Shown one piece after another: positions 17,836 to 27,199 of a stretch of DNA of 64,000 nt; the stretch's first letter is position 1; each line of letters opens with the position of its first letter. Origin of the DNA: a virus. The stretch is taken from the IMG/VR virus record IMGVR_UViG_3300042868_005761, positions 32,001 through 96,000 of that record; one strand, written 5' to 3'. The translations under genes and the position numbers were made by a program. The notes beneath the pieces are model-generated. The model worked only from the letters and a program-made list of their open reading frames with translations. It was not told the origin of the DNA and searched no databases.

Positions 17836-18288
17836 ATGGAAGAATTTGACATTAATGCCTTTATTGACGATCACGCCGATGAAGATCTAGACACACTTAC
17901 AGTCTTTATTCCTGATGAACTTAAGATTGACAGTGATGAAGAAGAAGATTTTGGTAAGTATGAACACGAAGAGCTACACAATTCTACTTTAGATCTTGTA
18001 GCAGCTGTTCATCCTACTGGCGATACTATTACTAGAGATGCAGCTATCAGCATTTATCCTACAAACAATTCAGATGTACAGACCTTGTCTTACGTTAGTA
18101 GTTGGTTTGATTACTATACTGATAGTGGCAAGAAGTACTGCAATCAGGTTAATCTTTATCTAGAGATTGCCGATTTGTCTGACTCGTCTTTTGGTCAAAC
18201 CCAGGTTATGGACTTTGACTCACTTAGAACCTCGACTCAAAGGAATGATCGTAAGATCTACTCAAGCCTAGTCAATAGAATTCTATAG
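17836..18288 (+). CDS. Acidic hypothetical protein
   Basis: ORF within the operon. Confidence 0.65.
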   Translation: MEEFDINAFIDDHADEDLDTLTVFIPDELKIDSDEEEDFGKYEHEELHNSTLDLVAAVHPTGDTITRDAAISIYPTNNSDVQTLSYVSSWFDYYTDSGKKYCNQVNLYLEIADLSDSSFGQTQVMDFDSLRTSTQRNDRKIYSSLVNRIL

Positions 18289-18830
18289 TGATTGCTAAAC
18301 ATTTTTGGCAGCTATTCCAGCCTGCCGATAGGTTTGGCACACCAATTAGTAAAACATCTATCTCAGCTTCAAGCAAGGCTAAACAGCCAGGTCTTACTGG
18401 GGTAGATTGTTTTAATTTCTTGCTTAGCAAATATAGCGCAAATCAAATCCTTAATAAGAATTCAGATTTAGATATATATATTTCTAAGGTTCTAAAGACT
18501 GATCAAATATATAGTGCTCTTGATGACTTCGGGATTGTAGGTGTATTTACACTAAGCACACTCCCTGGTCATTATAACTATGTATGGCGAGATGAACTTC
18601 ACAAGAAACCTAGTCAGAAATTCTTAATTTTTACACTAGATAGTAATATCTATTTTGTTTGGCTTTCTTTTTTACTTAGAAAACCAAAGACTTGTCCTAT
18701 TGTTACTTCTGTTCTTTTTGACAAAATTAAATCTGATTATTCAGATTTGATTACGAAGCCAGAACTAACTGATATAGATAAATTATTTATTAAAGATTTT
18801 GAACTAATCATTCCTCATGTGAATCTATGA
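18288..18830 (+). CDS. Hypothetical protein
   Basis: GTG start overlapping the previous stop. Confidence 0.6.
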   Translation: MIAKHFWQLFQPADRFGTPISKTSISASSKAKQPGLTGVDCFNFLLSKYSANQILNKNSDLDIYISKVLKTDQIYSALDDFGIVGVFTLSTLPGHYNYVWRDELHKKPSQKFLIFTLDSNIYFVWLSFLLRKPKTCPIVTSVLFDKIKSDYSDLITKPELTDIDKLFIKDFELIIPHVNL

Positions 18831-19489
18831 TCTTTGACAAAGAAAGTTTTTATTCAGCTATTGGTAGGCAAGAAATTAAAGACTGCACCAAGTGCAAGGA
18901 TTTATGTGCTTCAAGAAGCCGTGTCGTAATTGATAAGTTTACCAAAAATACAGTAGCTCCATGGGACCATAAGACTTTACCTATTCTAGTAATTGGTGAA
19001 GCTCCTGGCGAGACGGAAGATCAAGTTGGTCTTCCATTCATGGGTGTGAGTGGTAGAGTTCTTGATACTTATCTAAGGCAATATGATTTAATTGATTTGA
19101 CATATGTAACTAACATTGTTAAATGCCGACCTCATAAGAACCGAACTCCTACTCCTGAAGAGCTTTCTAATTGCAGTCCATATCTTGCTAAGCAGATTAG
19201 CAATCTAAAGCCCAAGGTAATTGTTACACTTGGTAAAAGTGCAATGGCTGGTTTAGAGATTACCGGAACAATTAAAGATCCAAAGTCTGTTGATTGGAAA
19301 AAGCCGGATGCTGTATCTTCTTTTACTCTGGATGGCCAAGACTATCCTGTTATTCCAATCTACCATCCTAGTTACTATCTTCGTCAGAAGAATGCTCTAA
19401 CAGAACAAGATTGGGAACTTTTTCAATTTAATTACTCTCATAAGTTTAAATATATTAATAATTTTATTAATGAAATCAATGACATGTAA
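18827..19489 (+). CDS. Uracil-DNA glycosylase, family 4 (Fe-S)
   Basis: CTKC, IGEAPG, KCRPHKNRTP, HPSY. Confidence 0.88.
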   Translation: MIFDKESFYSAIGRQEIKDCTKCKDLCASRSRVVIDKFTKNTVAPWDHKTLPILVIGEAPGETEDQVGLPFMGVSGRVLDTYLRQYDLIDLTYVTNIVKCRPHKNRTPTPEELSNCSPYLAKQISNLKPKVIVTLGKSAMAGLEITGTIKDPKSVDWKKPDAVSSFTLDGQDYPVIPIYHPSYYLRQKNALTEQDWELFQFNYSHKFKYINNFINEINDM

Positions 19490-19499
19490 AGATAATCCT

Positions 19500-19520
19500 G
19501 TGCGCTAACGCGCATTTTTT
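19500..19520 (+). terminator. Rho-independent terminator
   Basis: GTGCGC-TAAC-GCGCAT hairpin followed by a T-run. Confidence 0.6.
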
Positions 19521-19560
19521 GTTTGGATTTTTCTTCCAATTACTCACCAAAGGGGTACAA

Positions 19561-21507
19561 ATGTCAAAGTCAAACTCTATTGACTTTTCTGATATTAGTG
19601 AAAATGAAGTTATTGAAAAGTATTGGACACCTCCAACTCTTAATTACGGTGGTCAATATGGCGCATATGAGACAATCTATGCAACTGCAAACTACCTTAG
19701 TATCGGAGATGTAGGCGATCCGGACTGGAGAGAAGCTCGAAGACTACCTTTCGGAGATGAAGCACTTGAAGCTCTTTACCCTGGTAACAGAGCTCTTAGT
19801 TTTATTCAATATCCATGGGAGCATCCTGATGCTGACACTGACACAGGCAATCCTGTAAAAAGTTATCTTGAGAAGGACTCTGGTATTGAATGGGTTATCT
19901 TGGAGATGAACAAGACTGAAGTTGGCTCCGAACGATACAATCATTTGTCTGAGTTTCTTGCTGAAGCAAGAGATTACAACAATCGACAAGTCGAGGAGGA
20001 AGGCTTTATTCACGCGCCTTCTTGGGCAATGGATGCTATTATCTACTCTCAAGAGCATTCATACAATGAAGAGCATACAAAGCTAATTGAAGAATTCCTA
20101 CCTAAGGGATCTCAAGCTGCAAGAGTTATTTCCTCTGCTCCTTACGCGGATGGCAATACTATTGAGACAATGAGAGATATTCATCATGAATATACTATTT
20201 CATTTCAGGAGAAGGGTAGGCTTTATACTTTTGCCTTAAAAGATGGCAAGAAGACTTATGGACCTTACGGCGGGAAAATTAACTCTATTAAATTTTACAG
20301 GGGTAAAAATACTTGGGAGCCAAAGGCTCAAGAGTTTAGACTTGAGGAGATGTATAAGCTTTTACACTCTGCCTCAATTACTCCTATCTTTAATAGTAAG
20401 ATGGAACTAGAGCGAATCCAGCATCCTGATATTACTTTAGACAACCTTAAGTATGCCAAAGAGAATTACTCCTTGCTTGCTAATGCAATTCATGAGGCTA
20501 ATTTTATTACTGGCAGCATTGTTGGTCATATTAGAAAGCTAGAAGAAGACATCTTTTGGGAAACCTTAGATAAAAAGCTTCGCAAGGATAGAATTTATTC
20601 TGGGATTAGAGACGCAGCACGCGAGCTTAATCTATCAGGGATTACGCCTAGGCAGATTGGCAAAGACGGCATGTCTAAAATTTTAGAAGACTTTCCTAAG
20701 ATTCAAGCAGAGATTGAAACTAGAATTCAAACTCCATACTATGTTCTTAACGTGGGCCGGAATACAACTGTAGCTGTAACCCCTGATAAGACTTTAGCTG
20801 ATATGTTTAAAACTGGCAGTGCTGAAGATCTTCTTTACTTTATGCTCCCTGATAAGATGCGCATAAAGCTTGGTTCGCTTGAGGATACTATTACACAGTA
20901 CGGATACGACAGTGAAGAATATAGACGCTGGAAGATTGCAGCAACTAAATTCCTTACTTCTGACAAATCCAAATACACAACAAAGTCATTGCAAGAGATG
21001 GTTTGTCTTTATAACATAAACCATAAGGTTAAAGTTATTCGGCCAAAGACTCTAAGAGAATATGGTTGGCTTCTTGCCGAGATTCCATTTACTCGTACTC
21101 AAATCAATTTGATGAGTAGCTGTCTTGATTTGTATGGCAAGGCTATCATTGCTACTCAACAAAATAGTCCGTCAATCAAACCACTATATGCTAGAATCAA
21201 AAACTTTCTTGAATATCAGATTCAGAATAATAAGATTCCCAAGCATATTCTTTTGGAAATTGCGAACATGCGCAATATTTCTTTTGTATATAACTTAGAG
21301 AAAACCGAAATTACTAATAAAGCCGAAGCTAAGAAACTTTTTGAGGCTGGTCTTGCTAGTGATACTGAGATTAAAGTTGGAAATTATTTAAAGATTGAAT
21401 TAATGTTTGATTATGTTTTCGATAATCCAAGCGATGTCTTTCGATATATTTCTAATTTTGGTCCCAGCATTAAGGCTGTGCAACTTGCACAGTCAAGTTT
21501 AATTTGA
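19561..21507 (+). CDS. Large hypothetical protein (~648 aa)
   Basis: AAGGGG RBS before ATG 19561; no motif recognised. Confidence 0.75.
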   Translation: MSKSNSIDFSDISENEVIEKYWTPPTLNYGGQYGAYETIYATANYLSIGDVGDPDWREARRLPFGDEALEALYPGNRALSFIQYPWEHPDADTDTGNPVKSYLEKDSGIEWVILEMNKTEVGSERYNHLSEFLAEARDYNNRQVEEEGFIHAPSWAMDAIIYSQEHSYNEEHTKLIEEFLPKGSQAARVISSAPYADGNTIETMRDIHHEYTISFQEKGRLYTFALKDGKKTYGPYGGKINSIKFYRGKNTWEPKAQEFRLEEMYKLLHSASITPIFNSKMELERIQHPDITLDNLKYAKENYSLLANAIHEANFITGSIVGHIRKLEEDIFWETLDKKLRKDRIYSGIRDAARELNLSGITPRQIGKDGMSKILEDFPKIQAEIETRIQTPYYVLNVGRNTTVAVTPDKTLADMFKTGSAEDLLYFMLPDKMRIKLGSLEDTITQYGYDSEEYRRWKIAATKFLTSDKSKYTTKSLQEMVCLYNINHKVKVIRPKTLREYGWLLAEIPFTRTQINLMSSCLDLYGKAIIATQQNSPSIKPLYARIKNFLEYQIQNNKIPKHILLEIANMRNISFVYNLEKTEITNKAEAKKLFEAGLASDTEIKVGNYLKIELMFDYVFDNPSDVFRYISNFGPSIKAVQLAQSSLI

Positions 21508-21518
21508 TATCTTAATAT

Positions 21519-21542
21519 TAAGCCCGAAAGGGTTTATTTTTT
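21519..21542 (+). terminator. Rho-independent terminator
   Basis: TAAGCCC-GAAA-GGGTTTA followed by a T-run. Confidence 0.75.
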
Positions 21543-21562
21543 ACCTAATACATAGTGAATAC

Positions 21563-22105
21563 ATGACTAAAAGAATTGATTTTGCAAATCTTTTTGACAA
21601 TTTTGAAATTAAGTTTGATCCAAAGAGCATCCTAGTAGATACGAAAGATAATCGTTGGCATTATAACAATGAAACAATTACTACACCTGAGAAGGAACCA
21701 CTTGGTTCTATGGCAGTAGTAGCAGAATGGCAAGAAGGAAGACTTCTGTCTTTCCCTGACTTTACCATGCGCGTTTCTCTTACGAGCATTAGCGATCCTG
21801 ATAGGGTTGTTATTGCTACTCTTCCTTTCTCAAGCGCTGTGTACGAGAAAGGGACGTATGAGACCAATGCGGAAGCTGAATATGCTTACTATGCATGGGA
21901 GTGGGGCCTTCAACTTTGGCAGTTTGTATACAACACGGTGAAGAAGACGCCTGCAGCTGCTGAGTGCGCTTTCCTTTATCGTAAGTATAACAACGTTTGT
22001 CATGCATGTTACGGAGAAGGAATCGATCCTAATGTTACTCCTGAGTCGACAACTCTTTGTTACATCTGTAATGGATCAGGGTACTTCGAGCATGTGAAGA
22101 AGTAA
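21563..22105 (+). CDS. Hypothetical protein with a C-terminal DnaJ-type zinc finger
   Basis: CHACYGEG and CYICNGSG (two CxxCxGxG repeats). Confidence 0.7.
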   Translation: MTKRIDFANLFDNFEIKFDPKSILVDTKDNRWHYNNETITTPEKEPLGSMAVVAEWQEGRLLSFPDFTMRVSLTSISDPDRVVIATLPFSSAVYEKGTYETNAEAEYAYYAWEWGLQLWQFVYNTVKKTPAAAECAFLYRKYNNVCHACYGEGIDPNVTPESTTLCYICNGSGYFEHVKK

Positions 22106-22836
22106 TGGCTTTGCTAACACTAATAATTGCACTACTAGGTGTTGCTGGTGTTACATATACTCTTCTATCTACTCTTAATAAGATAATTAAAACAATCTAT
22201 TACTGGGAGCGAGAGATTATCTTTGTTGATTATGTCAATCCTAAGGAAATTTATATTCAATTTCCCAACGAAGCATTGACTAGCGATACTCTTTCAAAAG
22301 ATATCGAAGTAGATGATCTACATGAGAGGTTTCAATTTGCATCTAGTGAAAATGAAACTGTTTATGTTCCATATGCAAGCTTGCTAGCGGGAATTGTTGA
22401 TATCTTCTTGGGTTATAGAAATGTGATTGGAGCGCTGCAGAATGCAGAAGAAGAGTACAAGGAAGATCCAGAGGAGCTAGAGCTTTTCAAAGCTCCTAAG
22501 AAGTTTGACTTCCCTAGTCTCATGAATGGCCTCGATACCTATAACATATATACAAAATATACTTTATGGGACCTGCAAGAAGATAAAGAAATTCGCATTT
22601 CATCTGCCAGTGATTACTCTGCTTTTGTTAAGCTAGTAATTGAAAACAAGTCTAATCTTTCCTATAGAACACATTATATGGTCTATAAGAAGGTTGGTAC
22701 GAAAGAAACTGGTGAGCTTATAAGTGAATTGACTACTATCTTTAATATTGGCCAAGCTTATAATGATTTATCAAATAAAACCCCAGTAATGGATGTTACC
22801 CATTTGTCGGAGAAAAAGGATGCTGGAAAGAACTAA
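22105..22836 (+). CDS. Hypothetical protein with N-terminal membrane anchor
   Basis: Hydrophobic residues 2-24; TAATG coupling. Confidence 0.7.
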   Translation: MALLTLIIALLGVAGVTYTLLSTLNKIIKTIYYWEREIIFVDYVNPKEIYIQFPNEALTSDTLSKDIEVDDLHERFQFASSENETVYVPYASLLAGIVDIFLGYRNVIGALQNAEEEYKEDPEELELFKAPKKFDFPSLMNGLDTYNIYTKYTLWDLQEDKEIRISSASDYSAFVKLVIENKSNLSYRTHYMVYKKVGTKETGELISELTTIFNIGQAYNDLSNKTPVMDVTHLSEKKDAGKN

Positions 22837-23707
22837 TGATTTAATTCCATGTCTTGATCATGGCTATGTTAAGTTAATTGATGTTATGCCTCATGCTGAT
22901 GCAGAGGATCTTTCATTTAATACTAACATTGCTGACTATGCAATTATTGATGCTGCTAGAGTTAGTTACCAGTCAGGTACTACTCGTAAACAGTCAGACA
23001 AGCAATTGCTACGTTATCTTATGCGTCATTGGCATACTAGTCCATTTGAGATGGTAGAGTTTAAGTTCGAGATGCGCTTGCCTATCTTTGTTATGCGCCA
23101 GCTAGTTCGTCATAGGACTGCTAGCCTTAACGAGGAGAGCGCACGTTACAGTGTCATGGAAGATGTATTCTATGAACCTGATAGTCTTAGAGCTCAAAGT
23201 ACTACCAACAAGCAAGGCAGCGCTGAAGGAGAATTTAATCCCTTCATTGGTCCTAGAGAGAAAGCAACAGCAGTTATGAATCATCAGACTGATGAAGCCT
23301 ATAAGCTTTATCAACAGTTGATTGAGGCTGGTGTCAGTCGTGAACAGGCCCGCATGGTACTTCCTGTTAATCTCTATACACGTGTTGTATGGAAGTGTGA
23401 CTTGCTTAATCTTCTTAAGATGCTTAGGCTGCGCTTAGATCCTCATGCTCAGTATGAGATTCGAGTATTTGCAGAAGCAATTGCCGAATTTGTAAAGCTA
23501 CATTGTCCTTGGACTTGGGAAGCTTTCGAAGATTACTGGCAAGGTGGAGTTTCTTTTAGTAAGGTGGAACTAGATGCTTTACGCTATCTTATTCCCTTTA
23601 CTGGCAAAGAAGCTTTCAATGCAGCTATTCAAGGGACTAACTTTAGCAAAGGCGAGTTGCTAGAGTTTGAAGAGAAATTTAATAGGATTGCCAATGGGGA
23701 AAGTTAA
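22820..23707 (+). CDS. thyX: FAD-dependent thymidylate synthase
   Basis: AARVSY, HTSPFE, RHRTASLNEESARY, REQARMVLP, HAQYEIR. Confidence 0.95.
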   Translation: MLERTNDLIPCLDHGYVKLIDVMPHADAEDLSFNTNIADYAIIDAARVSYQSGTTRKQSDKQLLRYLMRHWHTSPFEMVEFKFEMRLPIFVMRQLVRHRTASLNEESARYSVMEDVFYEPDSLRAQSTTNKQGSAEGEFNPFIGPREKATAVMNHQTDEAYKLYQQLIEAGVSREQARMVLPVNLYTRVVWKCDLLNLLKMLRLRLDPHAQYEIRVFAEAIAEFVKLHCPWTWEAFEDYWQGGVSFSKVELDALRYLIPFTGKEAFNAAIQGTNFSKGELLEFEEKFNRIANGES

Positions 23708-24170
23708 GAACTTGTTACTTAATTTTCTTAATAATTTGGAAGAACGTCTAAGTGACAAAGTTAAAACACTCCAAGATAAAGTGGATTCTTTTCCTCAGGA
23801 GGAAGAGAAGATACCTTCTGAACTTTCTGAGGAGGAATGTCTTTTAATCAATACATTGTCTCAGGAATCTAATTCAAAAATTCTTAAATCTTTAGACTAT
23901 AAGACTTATCTTTTACTATCTATACTTCCAGAAATAAAGATAGAGGAAGATGAACCTAAGGCCTCACTGGATATTTTTATTACTGAGCCAGTACTTATGG
24001 AAAATTGGTTAGAGCATTTTTCAAATTTAAATCGTATTAAACAATTCCAAGCTCTTATTAAACACCCGAAAATACTTTCTGGTAGATATTTATCTGAAAG
24101 TAATGGAACTAATAGAAGGAATATTAAATGCCTCAGAGATTTACCGCTACTAAAGCAGACTTTGAACTAA
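23694..24170 (+). CDS. Hypothetical protein
   Basis: ORF overlapping the thyX stop. Confidence 0.6.
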   Translation: MGKVKNLLLNFLNNLEERLSDKVKTLQDKVDSFPQEEEKIPSELSEEECLLINTLSQESNSKILKSLDYKTYLLLSILPEIKIEEDEPKASLDIFITEPVLMENWLEHFSNLNRIKQFQALIKHPKILSGRYLSESNGTNRRNIKCLRDLPLLKQTLN

Positions 24171-24598
24171 AGAGTATCTCAGAATTACAAACATTGGAAA
24201 CTCCCATTCTTGTTAAAGCCGACAATGATTTTAAAGCAATAGGTTTTAATGTTATTTGGGAGCGAGAAGATCTTGACAAATTCAAATTGACTTGCTACTG
24301 TAAGGGAGTATTCACAGCAAACTCAAAAGAGTTTAAATCCTTAGCCAAGGATGAACCTCTGCTTGTTGTTAATAGTACGTTATATAAAGAATTATTTACT
24401 TTTGTCTATAACAGTCAAAAGGATGCTTCTGACAAGGATGTAGTTTCTACAGAGGAATTGCAATTCGTTTATACTGATTTCTTTGAAGATGAGGAAGTTT
24501 TATTCTTCTATCTACAAAAGTTATCTGAAGCATTTAATTGGAAATTGGAAAACAAGAATTTAATACTAGACAAGTGGGAATTATTTCCTCAAGAATAA
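24128..24598 (+). CDS. Hypothetical protein
   Basis: AAGGA RBS. Confidence 0.65.
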   Translation: MPQRFTATKADFELKSISELQTLETPILVKADNDFKAIGFNVIWEREDLDKFKLTCYCKGVFTANSKEFKSLAKDEPLLVVNSTLYKELFTFVYNSQKDASDKDVVSTEELQFVYTDFFEDEEVLFFYLQKLSEAFNWKLENKNLILDKWELFPQE

Positions 24599-24619
24599 AC
24601 AATACAATAAGGTGAAGTA

Positions 24620-25147
24620 ATGTCAAAGCAGTTTCAGATTGTTAAAAAGAGTAGTGCCCTTCAGATCTCTTACATTCCTGTAACCACTAAAGATAGTGAG
24701 TACGGTAAGCAAGTAGAGAAGGAGGGCGCAGTGTATCTCCAGTTTGCTCGTGCAACTGGTGGTAAAAATGAAGGTGGTCATAATACTTTTGACTGGGGTA
24801 ATAAGATTGTTTTTGCCGTAGGCATTAACGATGTCTACCAGATTCTTAGTTTCTATAATGGTGTAATGAACGGTTGGGTTGATACTTCACAGCGTCAAAC
24901 TCTAAACCTTATTCATGTGCCGCCTGGTGCTAGCGAGGATAACGTCAAGAAGCTTACGTTCCAGAGTGGCGTAGACAAGTATCTAGGTACTTACATGCTT
25001 ACGATGCGCAATGAGGCTGGCGATAGTATCTCTACCTCAATGACCTCAGGTGAGATGGATATCTTCATTAACCTGTGCCGTACAGCTAGTATCTATATGA
25101 CTGGCTTGCATCTTGATCTTCAGCGCGAGCGAGACCCTAAGAAGTAA
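24620..25147 (+). CDS. Whirly-family ssDNA-binding protein
   Basis: Colinear match to the recalled plant Whirly domain: FQIVKKSSAL~YSIYKGKAAL, KEGAVYLQFA~REGMVMLQFA, FDWGNKIVFAV~YDWSRKQVFSL, GEMDIF...YMTGLH~AEFAVL...YLLGWH. Confidence 0.75.
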   Translation: MSKQFQIVKKSSALQISYIPVTTKDSEYGKQVEKEGAVYLQFARATGGKNEGGHNTFDWGNKIVFAVGINDVYQILSFYNGVMNGWVDTSQRQTLNLIHVPPGASEDNVKKLTFQSGVDKYLGTYMLTMRNEAGDSISTSMTSGEMDIFINLCRTASIYMTGLHLDLQRERDPKK

Positions 25148-25155
25148 GAACACCT

Positions 25156-25704
25156 ATGAAGAATTTTTATTATAAACTATTAGATAAAATTCGAACTTAT
25201 ATGTGGACTGCGGCTTTTTCCTTTGGGTATGGCTTTAATCCTATACCTGGATTCCCATATAGGCACGGCCTCTGGACCCATATTGGTCTATTCTTTGATG
25301 ACGTAGAGCAAATGGTTATCTATAGATACGGGTCGACCGAAGGTCCAGACATAGACATGGACAAGACAGATTTCTTTGTTTATAAGTATAAAGAGTTGCT
25401 GCCTGAAGGTTACGATATCTACACTAAAACTACTTTTTTGCTTGCAAGTCTTGCACTAAAGCAGTATACTAGTGGCTTAGGATTCAATAGCCTAATGACT
25501 GGTACAAAGCTTCGAATCTATACGAATAGTCCATATGTGGCTGGAGAGCTTCGAAATCACTTAAGCAGATTCAAAGATCCTTACGGGTACAATCCGTATT
25601 TCTTCCAAGCAATGGGAATGAAATCAATGGATCAACATGGAATTCCTTATAACTTTAAACATGCAAACGGTAATTTATTCATAACTTACAGAAAAGAGGG
25701 CTAA
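25156..25704 (+). CDS. Hypothetical protein
   Basis: 182 aa ORF in the operon. Confidence 0.65.
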   Translation: MKNFYYKLLDKIRTYMWTAAFSFGYGFNPIPGFPYRHGLWTHIGLFFDDVEQMVIYRYGSTEGPDIDMDKTDFFVYKYKELLPEGYDIYTKTTFLLASLALKQYTSGLGFNSLMTGTKLRIYTNSPYVAGELRNHLSRFKDPYGYNPYFFQAMGMKSMDQHGIPYNFKHANGNLFITYRKEG

Positions 25705-26042
25705 TGGAACGCGAAACAGAAGTTAAGATTAAGATTTTAAACAAAGAATCAGAAGAAATTCCTTTTGCTTCTTTGCTCCAGGCGATTGTCAGTAAGATTA
25801 ATCAGCCTGAGGGTATTGAAAACACTAAAGGTAAGAAGGCAATCATGCTTATGATTGAGACTTTGCTTGCTCAGAATGATCCTATGCTTACTGCATTGGG
25901 TGTTCTTGGTGGCGAGAAAACTCTTAATGCGGCAGGTCTTCTACTTTTTGTTGCTTTTCAAGTCGGTAGCCTTGTGGGCTCAGGTGACTTTACTGTAGTC
26001 AGTGAAGATGAGTTGCTTACTCCAGATCCTGTAGCTGAGTAA
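25704..26042 (+). CDS. Hypothetical protein
   Basis: TAATG coupling, GAGG RBS. Confidence 0.65.
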   Translation: MERETEVKIKILNKESEEIPFASLLQAIVSKINQPEGIENTKGKKAIMLMIETLLAQNDPMLTALGVLGGEKTLNAAGLLLFVAFQVGSLVGSGDFTVVSEDELLTPDPVAE

Positions 26043-26066
26043 CTAATTATTATTTAAGAGTATTAC

Positions 26067-26216
26067 ATGTATTATTATTTATTAAAAAACAAATATGCCA
26101 TTAAACAGGCTATTGTAATCGCAGCGCCAGTCATTTTTGAGATTGGCCTAAACTTGCTCGCCAAGCACAATGAACGAAAGCTTGGCAAAACCAAAGAGGT
26201 AAATTATGGAAATTAG
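26067..26216 (+). CDS. Possible 49-aa protein (MYYYLLKNK...), not in the ORF track
   Basis: ATG 26067 to TAG 26216, overlapping the start of spoVG; weak GAG RBS. Confidence 0.35.
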   Translation: MYYYLLKNKYAIKQAIVIAAPVIFEIGLNLLAKHNERKLGKTKEVNYGN

Positions 26217-26625
26217 AGTTCGTGTGAATCCCCTTAGCAATCCTACTGGTCCCGTTGTCGCTATGGCTGACGTGACGCTTGTCACCGATGATGGCGATCT
26301 AATCCTTAAGGGATGGAAGGTTGTCAAGGGTAAGAACGGTCTATTTGCTGGTGCTCCTAGCGCCAAGCGTGGTGAGGCTTATGAGGATACTATTATTGCT
26401 CCCAAGGAGAGCGGCCAGTTCTTGCTTGACATTAAGCAGGCACTTGTTGATGAGTATGAGAGCCAGACGGGTGGCCAGACGCGCTCGTCATCTTCAGCTG
26501 CTAAGCCTGCTGCAAGTAAGCCAGCTACGAAGAGCAGTGTTCCTGACGCATATCTTGCAAAGAAGCCCGCTCCTGCTAAGGTTACAGCCAAGGCTAGCAC
26601 TTCAGATGAGTGGGAAACTGACTAA
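26206..26625 (+). CDS. spoVG: SpoVG-family nucleic-acid-binding protein with SSB-like disordered, acidic tail
   Basis: AMADVTL...LILKGWKVVKGKNGLFAGAPS.KRGEAYED; Ala/Lys/Pro linker ending SDEWETD. Confidence 0.8.
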   Translation: MEIRVRVNPLSNPTGPVVAMADVTLVTDDGDLILKGWKVVKGKNGLFAGAPSAKRGEAYEDTIIAPKESGQFLLDIKQALVDEYESQTGGQTRSSSSAAKPAASKPATKSSVPDAYLAKKPAPAKVTAKASTSDEWETD

Positions 26626-26632
26626 GGAGTAA

Positions 26633-27148
26633 ATGATGGAAATAGATAAAGATAAAGTTGAGTCTGCAAAGAAAAGCTGCGTAACCGATATCAACCTAGT
26701 CAATACTATTTCTTTCAACAAGAAGACTCTGACAGAATGGGCTGAGTATTATCGGGTAAGTTTGCCCGATGATATGACTGTTAAGGACGTCTATAGGCAA
26801 TTTAGACGTATTGCGGACTTACTTAGTGATGTAAATCACAAGCACAGTCAAGCCGTTCTGGCCAGAGATCTTCATCACTCTGCTACCAAGTCTTATAAGG
26901 CTGCAAAGCTTTTGCAACTTAAGAAAGATAATCCTAAGTTTACTGTAGATCAGCTACAGGCAAGTCTTGACGTGGAGTTTGATGACGATAATACAAAGGA
27001 AGTTTTACATAGCTTTCTAGTAGATTTCTTTGAAAGAATTCAGGGCCAACTTATAGGTATGAGAAGGGTGCTGGAAAGTGTAGCTTACTCAGTCAATAGT
27101 GAGTTAAAAGCTTTCGGTAAAGGATCAGAGGGCTTTGAAACCCAGTGA
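26633..27148 (+). CDS. Helical/coiled-coil protein, possibly a UvsY-like recombination mediator
   Basis: AAGGAG RBS; helical composition; lies between SSB-like genes and recA (function is inference). Confidence 0.5.
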   Translation: MMEIDKDKVESAKKSCVTDINLVNTISFNKKTLTEWAEYYRVSLPDDMTVKDVYRQFRRIADLLSDVNHKHSQAVLARDLHHSATKSYKAAKLLQLKKDNPKFTVDQLQASLDVEFDDDNTKEVLHSFLVDFFERIQGQLIGMRRVLESVAYSVNSELKAFGKGSEGFETQ

Positions 27149-27199
27149 TAAGATAATCCTTACCCGCTTCTATTCCCGTTTATTTTAAGAGAGTTTAAA

